From Deltaproteobacteria bacterium (GTDB taxonomy: Bacteria > Myxococcota > JACRCW01), in NCBI GenBank assembly GCA_016218805.1, contig JACRCW010000042.1, forward strand, positions 1 to 64,000: a stretch of DNA of 64,000 nucleotides, in the 5' to 3' direction. Made by a program: the position numbers and the translations under genes. The stretch's first letter is position 1. Each line of letters opens with the position of its first letter. Below are positions 18,201 through 26,511 of the stretch, piece after piece. The notes under the pieces were generated by a model. It saw only the letters and a list, made by a program, of their open reading frames with translations. It was not told the origin of the DNA and did not search any database.

Positions 18201-21200
18201 CACCACCAGGCTTGCGGACGCGGTCTCCACGTCATTGACCGTGAAGGCCATGGCCGCGGTGGCCGTGTCCTCATCCGTGGTCGCGTCTGCCACGTCGCTG
18301 ATCACCGGCAGGTCATTCACCGCGTTGACGGTGAGCACAAACGTGGTCACCGCCGTCCCGCCGTCCGTGTCCGCAACGGTCAGGGTGATGGTGGCCGTAC
18401 CGGAGGCGTTGGCCGCCGGGACCACCGTCACGCTGCGGACGTTGCCGGTGCCCGTGATGGCAATGTCCGTGTCCTGCACCAGTGCCTGGTTGTCTGAAGT
18501 ACCCGCCACCACCAACTGCGTGGCCGGGCTCTCCAGGTCGCCCACGGTGAACCCAACCGCCGCGGTGGGCACGTCTTCATCCGTGACCTGTGCGCTGATG
18601 GCGCTGATGGTCGGCAGGTCATTGACGGAGGTGACCGTCAGGACCACCGGAACGGTGGTGGTGCCACCGTTGGCGTCCACCACGGACACGGTCAGCGTGG
18701 TGGTGCCAAACGCGTCCGCCACCGGGACCACGGTGAGGGTCCGGCTGGCTCCCGCGCCGCCCAGGGTGATGGCCGCATCCGGGACCAGCACCTGGTTGGA
18801 TGAGACGGCGGACACGGTGAGCGTCCCCGCCGGCGTCTCCACGTCGCCAATGGTGAACGTGACGGGGCCCATGGTGGTGTCTTCGGGCACGGACTGGTTG
18901 CCCAGGCCGGCCACGGTGGGCAGGTCATTCACGGAGTTCACCGTCAGAACAAACGTGTCCGTGGCGGTACCCGTTGCCGTGTCCGTTACGGTGATGGTGA
19001 TGGTTGCCGTACCGGACAGGTTGGCTGCCGGGGTCACGGTCACGGTCCGCGCGGAACCGCTGCCGCCAAACACGATGTTGGCGTTGGGCACCAGCGTGGT
19101 GTCGGAGGAGGTGCCGGACATGACCAACTGGTTGGCCGGGGTCTCCACGTCGCCCACGGTGATGTCCAGCGCCGCCGTGGCCACGTCCTCGTCCACCACC
19201 TGGTCCGTCACGTCAGACACGGTGGGCAGGTCATTCACCGCAGTCACGGTCAGCACAAACGTGTCCGTGGCGGTCAGGCTGCCGGAGTCCGTCACCGTCA
19301 GGGTGATGGTGGTGGTGCCTGACGCGTTGGCCGTGGGAATGGCCACCAGCGTGCGGGTGGCGCCGCTGCCAGCCAGGATGAGCGACCCGTTGGGAACCAA
19401 CGCGGTGTTGGAGGACGTGGCGGTCAGGTTCAGGGCCGCCGCCGCATCTTCCGCATCACCCACGGTGATGTTGGTGTTGAGCGCGTTGTCCTCGGCCACC
19501 GTCTGGTTGGTGGTGTCCGAAATGGTTGGCGCATCATTCACCGGCGTGATGTTCACCACAAAGCTGTCCGTGCCCACCGCGCCCAGGGTGTCCGTGACAG
19601 AGATGGTGATGGTCACCGGGCCGTTCTGGTTGCCGGCTGGCGTGACCCGCACCGTGCAGGCCCCGGCCGCCGTGGGGCCGGTGAAGACAATGCTGGCGTT
19701 GGGCACCACGGTGGTGTTGGAAGACGTGCCGGACAGCACCAGCAGGTTCTCCGCGTCCATAAGGTCGTTCACAGTGAAGTTGAGCACCGCCGTCGCGCTG
19801 TCCTCGTTGATGGTCTGGTCAGGCACCGTGGTGACGAAGCTGGGGGGGAAGTTCACGATGGTGACGGTCAGGACGAACGTGTCCGTTGCCGTCAGCGCGG
19901 TGGTGTCCCGCACCGTGACCGTGATGGTGGTGTTGCCGGTCTGGCCCACCACCGGCGTCATCTGGATGGTGCGGTTGGCGCCGGCGCCGCCGAGCACGAT
20001 GTTGGCGTTGGGCAGCAGCGTGGTGTTGGAGGAAGTGGCCGTCACCGTCAGCGGGTTGGGCCCATCCTCCGCGTCACCGACGGTGAAGTTCAACGTCAGC
20101 GACGTGTCCTGGTTCATGGACGTGTTGGGGATGTTGCTGATGGTGGGCGCGTCCGCCACGGCGTTCACCTGGAGTGTGAAGCTGCGGGAGCCGGTGCCCC
20201 CGTTGGCGTCCGAGACGATGACCGTGATGAGCGCGGTACCCGACTGATTGAGCGCCGGCGTCACCGTGACGGTGCGGTTGGCGCCGGACCCGCCGAAGAC
20301 GATGTTGCTGACCGGCACCAACGTGGTGTTGTCCGACGTGGCCGCCAGGTTGAGGTTGGCGGCGGGCGTCTCCACGTCACCCACCGTGAACGCCAGTGCG
20401 CTGGTCGGCGTGTCCTCGTTAACAATCTGGTTGGCGATGGCGGTGATGGTGGGCAGGTCGTTCACGGAGTTCACGGTAACCAGATAGGACCGCGTGGCGG
20501 TTCCACCGTTGAGATCCGTCACCGTGACCGTGATGGTGGCCGTGCCGAACTGGTTCAGCGCCGGATTGACCCTCACGGCGCGCAGCGCGCCGCCGCCAGC
20601 AAACGTGATGTTGGCGTTGGGGATGAGCGTGGTGTTGGAGGACGTGCCGCTGAGGACCAGGCTGCCAACCGGGGTCTCCACGTCGCCAATGGTGAAGAGG
20701 TTGTTGGCGCTGACGCCGGAGTCTTCGTCGACGGTCTGGTCCGCGATCACCGTCATCGTCGGGAGGTCATTCACCCCGTTGATCTGGACCGTGAACGTGC
20801 GCGTGGCCGTCAGGCCGGTTGAGTCCGTGGCGGTGACGGTGATGGTCACCGGACCACCAAATTGGTTGGCCCCAGGAAGCACGGACACGCTGGCCGCGCC
20901 CGCCGCGGACGGCTGGACAAAGGTGATGTTGGCGTTGGGAATCAGGGTCGTATTGGAGGACGTCCCCGTCAGCACGATGGTGTTCAATGACCCGTCGGGG
21001 TCGCCCACCGTGATGGCAAGCGCGCCGGTGCTGGTGTCCTCGTTCACCGTCTGGTTGGCAATGGCCGTCATGGTGGGCGCGTCATTGACGGCATTGACGG
21101 TCACCGTGAAGGTGCGGCTGGCCGTCCCGCCGTTGGCGTCCGCCACGGTCACCGTGATGACCGCCGTGCCGTTCTGGTTGGCCGCTGGGGACACCCGGAC

Positions 21201-22940
21201 CCAGTCATCTCCGGTGGCGTTGGGGTTGGCGGTCCAGAAGAAGATGTTCCCGTTGGGAATGAGCGTGGTGTTGCTGGAGGTGGCGCTCAGCGTCAGCGCC
21301 GTGACGGCGGTCTCCACGTCCGTCACCGTGAAAGCAACCCAGCCGGAGAACGCAGTGTCCTCATTGATGGCCGGCGGGTTGGTCAGCGCCGTCATGGTGG
21401 GGAGGTCATTCACCGACACCACGGTGAGCACAAACGTGTCCGTGGCCGTCAGCCCACTGGGGTCCGTGACAGTCAGCGTGATGGTGGTGGTGCCAAACTG
21501 GTTGGCCGCCGGGGTGATGTTGACCGACCGGTTGTTGCCGAACCCGGAGAGCACGATGTTGCCGTTGGGCACCAGCGTGGTGTTGGAGGACGTGCCGGTC
21601 ACCGGCATGAACAACGTGGAGTTGTCCACGTCGCCAATGGTGAAGGCGATGGCGCCGGTGGCGGTGTCTTCGTTGGTGCTCTGGTCCGCCACGTTGGAGA
21701 TGGTGGGCGCGTCATTCACCGCGGTGACGGTCACGCTGAACGTGGTGGACGCGCTGGCGCCGTTGCCGTCCGTGCACGTCACGGTGATGGTCACCGGTCC
21801 GCCGTTCTGGTTGGTGGCGGGTGTGACCCGCACCCAGTCATCGCCGGTGGCGTTGGGGTTGGCCGTCCAGAAGGTGATGTTGGCCGGCAGGTTGGGGACG
21901 ATGGTGGTGTTGGAGGACGCGGTGCTGAGCGTGATGGACGTGGACGCCGTCTCCACGTCCGTGCAGTTGAAGCCGCGCCAGCCGGTGGTGGCGTCCTCGT
22001 TGATGGCGGGCGGGTTGGCCATGGGCACCGGGCTGATCACCGGGAAGTCATTCACCGAGTTCACGGTCAGGACAAATGTGTCCGTGGCCGTGGCGCCGCT
22101 GGCGTCCGTCACCGTGATGGTGATGGTGGTGGTGCCAAACTGGTTGGCCGCCGGCGTCAGGGTCACGGTGCGGTTGGCGCCTGCGCCGCCGAACACGATG
22201 TTGCCGTTGGGCACCAGCGTGGTGTCGGACGAGGTCCCGGTCACCACGAGCGAGCCGACCGCCGTCTCCGCGTCACCCACAGTGACGGCGATGGCCCCCG
22301 TGGCGGTGTCCTCGTTGGTGGACTGGTCCGCAATGTTGTTGATGGTGGGCGGCGTGTTGGTGGTGATGGTGATCCGCCAGCCCCCCGCCGTGCCGGTGTC
22401 CGCGCCGGCGTCATCCATGACGTACAGGCTCCACGTCCCGTTGGGCACAATCCCGGCAAACGTGGTGTTCAGCGACGGGAACTGCGTGCCGGCCGGTACG
22501 GGCGCGGGGGCAATGAACCCGTCACCCGCTCCGTAGTTGGCGGGGCGCCAGGTCCCGGCGGTGATGGCAGTGGCGTCCGGGAGGGCCAGGGCACCCGCGT
22601 CCGAGAACGTCACAGCGGCGTTGACGATGTCAATGGCGCCGCCGGCGTCCGACATGAGCAGGATGTTGGCCCCGCCCGGTCCCACCAGCAGGAGGTCAAT
22701 GTCATCCGGGTAAGTATGAGAAAGGTCGTTGATGGTGACGGTCACCCCCACCACCGTCCCGGGCATGCCCGCCGCGGTAATGTTGCTGGGATACGGCAGG
22801 CCCGATGTGTTGTCATTGATCAGGAACCCGCCCGCGGAATTGAAGGTGGCCACAGCAGCCCGCGCGGTGCCCTGCCCTGTCAGCAGGAACAACGCGCCGG
22901 CGCACATGGCCAGGAACCACTTCTTCATCGTCATCAACAT
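15285..22940 (-). CDS. Giant surface protein: P-domain-like N-terminus, ~20 Ig/cadherin-like (tandem-95) repeats, thrombospondin type-3 repeats, Ser/Gly linker, MYXO-CTERM
   Basis: Signal peptide MKKWFLAMC..ARA; HTYPDDIDLLLVGP..GTWSLYVMDD (proprotein-convertase P-domain-like); repeated VND[AL]PT..DQ..NED; DSDGDG/DNC repeats; GCGC-TM-RRRR tail; GGGGAG RBS. Confidence 0.92.
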   Translation of the reverse strand: MLMTMKKWFLAMCAGALFLLTGQGTARAAVATFNSAGGFLINDNTSGLPYPSNITAAGMPGTVVGVTVTINDLSHTYPDDIDLLLVGPGGANILLMSDAGGAIDIVNAAVTFSDAGALALPDATAITAGTWRPANYGAGDGFIAPAPVPAGTQFPSLNTTFAGIVPNGTWSLYVMDDAGADTGTAGGWRITITTNTPPTINNIADQSTNEDTATGAIAVTVGDAETAVGSLVVTGTSSDTTLVPNGNIVFGGAGANRTVTLTPAANQFGTTTITITVTDASGATATDTFVLTVNSVNDFPVISPVPMANPPAINEDATTGWRGFNCTDVETASTSITLSTASSNTTIVPNLPANITFWTANPNATGDDWVRVTPATNQNGGPVTITVTCTDGNGASASTTFSVTVTAVNDAPTISNVADQSTNEDTATGAIAFTIGDVDNSTLFMPVTGTSSNTTLVPNGNIVLSGFGNNRSVNITPAANQFGTTTITLTVTDPSGLTATDTFVLTVVSVNDLPTMTALTNPPAINEDTAFSGWVAFTVTDVETAVTALTLSATSSNTTLIPNGNIFFWTANPNATGDDWVRVSPAANQNGTAVITVTVADANGGTASRTFTVTVNAVNDAPTMTAIANQTVNEDTSTGALAITVGDPDGSLNTIVLTGTSSNTTLIPNANITFVQPSAAGAASVSVLPGANQFGGPVTITVTATDSTGLTATRTFTVQINGVNDLPTMTVIADQTVDEDSGVSANNLFTIGDVETPVGSLVLSGTSSNTTLIPNANITFAGGGALRAVRVNPALNQFGTATITVTVTDLNGGTATRSYLVTVNSVNDLPTITAIANQIVNEDTPTSALAFTVGDVETPAANLNLAATSDNTTLVPVSNIVFGGSGANRTVTVTPALNQSGTALITVIVSDANGGTGSRSFTLQVNAVADAPTISNIPNTSMNQDTSLTLNFTVGDAEDGPNPLTVTATSSNTTLLPNANIVLGGAGANRTIQMTPVVGQTGNTTITVTVRDTTALTATDTFVLTVTIVNFPPSFVTTVPDQTINEDSATAVLNFTVNDLMDAENLLVLSGTSSNTTVVPNASIVFTGPTAAGACTVRVTPAGNQNGPVTITISVTDTLGAVGTDSFVVNITPVNDAPTISDTTNQTVAEDNALNTNITVGDAEDAAAALNLTATSSNTALVPNGSLILAGSGATRTLVAIPTANASGTTTITLTVTDSGSLTATDTFVLTVTAVNDLPTVSDVTDQVVDEDVATAALDITVGDVETPANQLVMSGTSSDTTLVPNANIVFGGSGSARTVTVTPAANLSGTATITITVTDTATGTATDTFVLTVNSVNDLPTVAGLGNQSVPEDTTMGPVTFTIGDVETPAGTLTVSAVSSNQVLVPDAAITLGGAGASRTLTVVPVADAFGTTTLTVSVVDANGGTTTVPVVLTVTSVNDLPTISAISAQVTDEDVPTAAVGFTVGDLESPATQLVVAGTSDNQALVQDTDIAITGTGNVRSVTVVPAANASGTATITLTVADTDGGTAVTTFVLTVNAVNDLPVISDVADATTDEDTATAAMAFTVNDVETASASLVVTASSSNTTLVPDSNIALGGSGASRTVTVTPAANQNGTATITLTVADANGGTGTDTFVLTVTSVNDSPSVSAVTDQAIDEDGATSALTFTVGDTETPVTNLVVTADSSDPLVVPTSGIALGGTDANRTVLVTPAANQNGTVTITLTVTDELGATATTTFQVVIAAVNDAPTLLAVSDQTTSEDVVLGPITLTLLDVDTAADTLVLTGVSSDQAVLPDSGIEFGGTGFDRTLTLHPAANMSGTSTVTLTVSDGALTAQVTFTLTVTAVNDAPTITDITDITIDEDTTSQALTFTIGDLETAADQLTVTAESGDTTLVLDADLTLAGTGADRTLTVKPRADAFGTVTITVSATDPDGARSSDTFVVTVTPINDAPVATTESYTATEDTLLTVSALLGVLANDLDPDLDALTAHVVSDVAHGTLTLAADGSFTYQPSQDYSGADSFTYAANDGTVDSNTVTVDLTVTAVNDAPVAVDATVTLAEDATQAITLAGTDVDGDVLVYAVVTAPTHGTLSGTEPNLTYQPSAEYAGPDSLVFSVTDPSGATDQATVTIDVTPVNDTPVLVAPTPTADLAVAVGSPITFTVAATDVDGPSISYSVTGRPTTSSFSSTTGVFTWTPVLTEARAWPLTLVADDGTSQATRDITLTVTATDTDADGVPDALEPTLGTDPNNPDSDGDTIRDGEEVGDLANPRNTDNAGPIDALDTDSDGDTITDAQEAGDTDLATAPVDTDNDGKPDYIDDDSDGDTVADSVEAGDADPATAPVDTDTDGTPDFLDDDSDGDGVLDSADNCRLVSNAGQEDANGNNIGDACDSTSSSSSGGTASGSSGGAASSSGGGGSSGGTASSGAAGSSGGVASSGVTDSSGAAGSSGGVASSGVTDSSGAAGSSGGVASSGAAGSSGGVASSGAAGSSGGVTPGSSSGVVTPSSGGGGGGGEEEPGGGGCGCEATETRAPAALLGLALLVLVARRRRAS

Positions 22941-23221
22941 GTCAGTTCTCCCCGTAGAAAAATCGTGCCCCGCGCGCCCAGCGTCCGTGTTGTCGCGGAC
23001 TGTGACCCCAAGGGGGGCGGCTGGCGGCGCGGACCATGGCTCTTTTCCATGCCGGGGGGAAGCGGCCAATGACGCGCGTCACGCAGGTCAAACTTAGCTC
23101 ACGGAAGGTTCGCGGCGCAGCCAGCGCTTGCGTAGGGGTCAGCGTGTCCGTTGAAGCCCGCCCGGTGGTTGGCTACAGGCCGGCCCCCCGGTTCCCGCCG
23201 GGCCGTGGAGTCTGCCCGCTC

Positions 23222-23947
23222 ATGATCAATCTCGTTGTTGCGCTGGTGGCCGGCGCCCTGCTGGGCGGGGTGATGGGCATCTGGCTGACCCCGCTGGAGG
23301 CCATCCTCCCGGGGATGGTGTCCGCGGTGCTGGTGTACTTTGTCATTGCCCGGCGCACCGGTAACCGCATCAACAACATCATGTTGGCCGCCCAGAAGGA
23401 GCTGCAGGGCATGGCCACCCAGCAGAACCCGCAGGTGGCGCGCCAATACCTGGACCGCGCGGTGGCCATCATGGAGCGGGCCCGGCCGTACGCGCGCTGG
23501 CAGTTCTTTGTGGACAAGATGATCAACAGCCAGGTGGGGTCCCTGTATTACATCCAGGAGCAATACAAGAAGGCGCAGCCCCTGCTGGAGAACAGCGACC
23601 CGCGGCAGTGGATCCCGCGCGTGATGCTGGCGCTCATGCACTACCGCAACAAGGACTTCACCCGGATGGACCAGGTGTTTGAGGACGCAGCCAAGTACAA
23701 CAAGAAGCAGGGGCTGCTGTATTCGGCGTGGGCGTGGTGCCACTGGAAGAATGACAACACCGAGCGCGCGCTGCAGATCCTGTCCCGCGGTGACGGCGAG
23801 CTGGAAGGCAAGGACGACAAGCTCAAGCAGAACCTGCTCAACCTGCAGAACGGCAAGAAGATGAAGATGAAGGGCTACGGGAATGACTGGTACCAGTTCC
23901 TGCTGGAGAAACCGCAGGTGCAGCAGCAGCAGATCCGGTACCGGTGA
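23222..23947 (+). CDS. Membrane-anchored TPR-like protein
   Basis: Two N-terminal TM helices followed by helical repeats (GSLYY..YKKAQPLL, AWAWC..ALQIL); typical codon usage. Confidence 0.8.
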   Translation: MINLVVALVAGALLGGVMGIWLTPLEAILPGMVSAVLVYFVIARRTGNRINNIMLAAQKELQGMATQQNPQVARQYLDRAVAIMERARPYARWQFFVDKMINSQVGSLYYIQEQYKKAQPLLENSDPRQWIPRVMLALMHYRNKDFTRMDQVFEDAAKYNKKQGLLYSAWAWCHWKNDNTERALQILSRGDGELEGKDDKLKQNLLNLQNGKKMKMKGYGNDWYQFLLEKPQVQQQQIRYR

Positions 23948-23956
23948 AGGCCCGCC

Positions 23957-24991
23957 GTGGTGACCAGCAAGAAAGTCCTGATGCTCCACACCGGCGGCAC
24001 GCTGGGCATGAGCGGCCAGCGCCCGGAGCCGCTGCGGCCGGACACGTACACCCACCGCATGCTGGAGCACGTCCCGGAGCTGTCCCGGCTGGCCGCGCTG
24101 GACGTGGAGATCCTGTTCAACCTGGACAGCTCCAACGTCACCCCGCGCCACTGGGATGACATCGGCCGGCGCATCCACCAGCGCCATGATGACTATGACG
24201 GCTTCGTCGTCGTGCACGGCACGGACACCATGGCGTACACCGCCAGCGCGTGCGCGTTCCTGCTGGAGGGCCTGCGCAAGCCGGTGGTGTTCACCGGCAG
24301 CCAGCGGCCGCTGGGGCAGGTTCGCTCAGACGCGCGCTCCAACCTGGTGGGCGCCGTGGAGATGGCCACCCAGGACATCCCGGAAGTGACCGTGTTCTTT
24401 GACTCCAAGCTGCTGCGCGGCGTGCGCACGGTGAAGAGTGACGTGTGGGGCTACGCCGCCTTTGACAGCCCCAACTTCCCCCCGCTGGCTGAGGCCGGCG
24501 TGGACCTGCTCATCCGCCCGGACCGCGTGCGGCGCCCGGCGGGACCGCGGCGGCTGGCCGCGGGGTTCAGCGCACCGGTGGCGTGCCTGGAGGTGACCCC
24601 GGGCTTTGCGCCCGCGCTGGTGGAGGCCGCCGTGGACGCGGGGGCGCGCGGGCTGGTGCTGCGCGCGTTTGGAAGCGGCAACGTCCCTGACCAGGACGGA
24701 GCGGTTCCCCCTGCCATTGGACGCGTGGTACAGCGTGGCGTCCCCGTGGTGCTGGTGACGCAGGCGTGGCGGGGAGGCGCGGACCTCCACCTGTACGAAT
24801 GCGGCCAGCGCGCGTTGGATGCCGGCGCGGTGGACGGGGGTGACCTGACCACGCCGGCCGCGGTGGTGAAGCTGGCGTGGCTGTTGACTGCCGGCAGGGA
24901 CGTGGAGGGCGTGCGCGCGGCGTTTGCGCAGGACCTCCGCGGCGAAGGCGGGATGGCCGCACGGCGGCCCATGAAGGGAGCAACGGGATGA
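23957..24991 (+). CDS. ansA: L-asparaginase type I (cytoplasmic)
   Basis: HTGGTLGM, LDSSN, HGTDTMAYTAS, KPVVFTGSQRP, FDSPNFPPL, FGSGN. Confidence 0.93.
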   Translation: MVTSKKVLMLHTGGTLGMSGQRPEPLRPDTYTHRMLEHVPELSRLAALDVEILFNLDSSNVTPRHWDDIGRRIHQRHDDYDGFVVVHGTDTMAYTASACAFLLEGLRKPVVFTGSQRPLGQVRSDARSNLVGAVEMATQDIPEVTVFFDSKLLRGVRTVKSDVWGYAAFDSPNFPPLAEAGVDLLIRPDRVRRPAGPRRLAAGFSAPVACLEVTPGFAPALVEAAVDAGARGLVLRAFGSGNVPDQDGAVPPAIGRVVQRGVPVVLVTQAWRGGADLHLYECGQRALDAGAVDGGDLTTPAAVVKLAWLLTAGRDVEGVRAAFAQDLRGEGGMAARRPMKGATG

Positions 24992-25644
24992 GCACAACGG
25001 CGCGGCGGTGGGGTTTTGTCCTGGCAGGAGTGCTGACGGCGGGAGCGTGCGGCGGCACGTGCGGCGGTGAAACGCCCAACTGCAGCCTGGAGGGCGCCAC
25101 CACGCGGGACCCCCTCATCTGCCCGTCCACCAGCCCCATCCTGCTGTTGGCTGACCAGGTCAACGCACCGGAGAACTTTGCACTGACCGTGTTCAATGAG
25201 AGCCAGCGCGAAACGCTGACGATCAACGACGTGCGGTTTGAAGGCGCCAACACGGCGTTCTTCTCCGGCATCCAGCGCTCCGGCAATGACGTGGCGCCGG
25301 GAGATTCCGCCATCATTCAGTTCACCTGGCAGGTCCCCACGCTTTCCTCCACCGCCTGCACCGTGCCCGGCGACGCGTGGGGCCCGTCCGACCAGTGCCC
25401 GGAGAACGCGTGGTGCTTCAACAACCAGTGCGACCGCACCGCCAACCTGCACATCACCAGCAACGCCAAGAACTACCCGGACCTCAACATCATCGTCGCC
25501 ATCCGCTCGCGCACGGCGGGCGGTGGCACGTCGTCCTCGGGCGGCGTGGGCGTGTCCTCGTCGGCCGCGCCGGCCAGCAGCGCCGCCCCGGCGTCGTCGG
25601 CGGCGGGCGCCAGTTCCGCAGGCGGGCAGGCGTCCTCAGGCTGA
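24988..25644 (+). CDS. Hypothetical lipoprotein with Ig-like (ASH/choice-of-anchor D-like) domain
   Basis: Lipobox LTAGAC; TVFNES..LTINDV..VAPGDS..ANLHITSNA pattern; ATGA overlap with the asparaginase stop; Ser/Ala tail. Confidence 0.75.
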   Translation: MSTTARRWGFVLAGVLTAGACGGTCGGETPNCSLEGATTRDPLICPSTSPILLLADQVNAPENFALTVFNESQRETLTINDVRFEGANTAFFSGIQRSGNDVAPGDSAIIQFTWQVPTLSSTACTVPGDAWGPSDQCPENAWCFNNQCDRTANLHITSNAKNYPDLNIIVAIRSRTAGGGTSSSGGVGVSSSAAPASSAAPASSAAGASSAGGQASSG

Positions 25645-25946
25645 CCCGCGGCGGCCAAGACGGCACGCCACGCTTGTTCCGACACACGGCGAGGAAACTC
25701 GCCGCGCGCTGAAAACCACCGGACGGACAACCCGCGACGGGGAAGCGCGTTCCGGCGGGGCGTCAACGGCGGGATGCCCACCGCGCGTCCTGGGGAACCC
25801 GCGGGGTCCGCTGGCTCAAGGCTGGGTAGGGGGGCACGCCAAAGACGCCTGGCAGGGCGCAAGGGGGTGCCGGGTCGCCCAAGCGTATCGTAAACATTAC
25901 ACCCGCGCCTCCGTGGAGCCGGCCGGCCGGGTACGCCACCGCGGAA

Positions 25947-25967
25947 GTGTAACGATTGTCGTTACAC
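25947..25967. promoter_or_regulatory. Perfect palindrome GTGTAACGA-TTG-TCGTTACAC, operator-like
   Basis: 9-bp inverted repeat with 3-nt spacer, AT-rich relative to surroundings; a third TTACAC box lies at 25897-25902. Confidence 0.4.
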
Positions 25968-26322
25968 CTACTGGGGCACAGAGGTGCGTGGGGGCCAGCT
26001 TCCGGGATGCCGGGGTCCCGGACGCCCGCACCCCTTCCCAGCCCTCCCCGACTCGTGCCCCGCGCCCCACCCGCAGTGCCACACCACGGCGGGCCGTGGG
26101 CCGCGCGCCCTGCGTTCTCGCCCGTGACGAGACACCCGTCAGCGGTTCCCAGCGGACCGCGAGCTTCCTCGCCGCGGCGGGTGCGAACACCGTGCACGCG
26201 CGACGGGTGGCAATCCCTGCCAGAGGGGGGTGAGTCCAGCATCCACGACGCGCGGCCGGCTTGCCGCAGGCAAGCCATCTACGCCGCCCCCCCACTTGCC
26301 CACTTGGGGGCGGTCCTCGAGA

Positions 26323-26493
26323 GACCCCCTGGTGGAGGGGGTGAGACCCCCTGGTGGAGGGGGTGGGACCCACTGGTGGAGGGGGTTGGACCCCCTGGTG
26401 GAGGGGGTGGGACCCCCTGGTGGAGGGGGTGGGACCCCCTGGTGGAGGGGGTGGGACCACCTGGTGGAGGGGGTGGGACCCCCTGGTGGAGGG
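26323..26493. repeat. Tandem repeat, 22-bp unit GACCCCCTGGTGGAGGGGGTGG, about 7.8 copies
   Basis: Units start at 26323, 26345, 26367, 26389, 26411, 26433, 26455 and 26477; no spacers; each unit is a 7-bp hairpin. Confidence 0.95.
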
Positions 26494-26511
26494 CGTCCTG
26501 GCGCTTCCAGC

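Noticed and set aside
14703..22536. Long plus-strand ORFs (957, 1057 and 680 aa) opposite the giant adhesin
   Set aside because: Antisense shadows of a repetitive GC3-biased gene; no recognisable motifs
26323..26493. CRISPR array
   Set aside because: Units abut with no unique spacers, and there are no cas genes in the window
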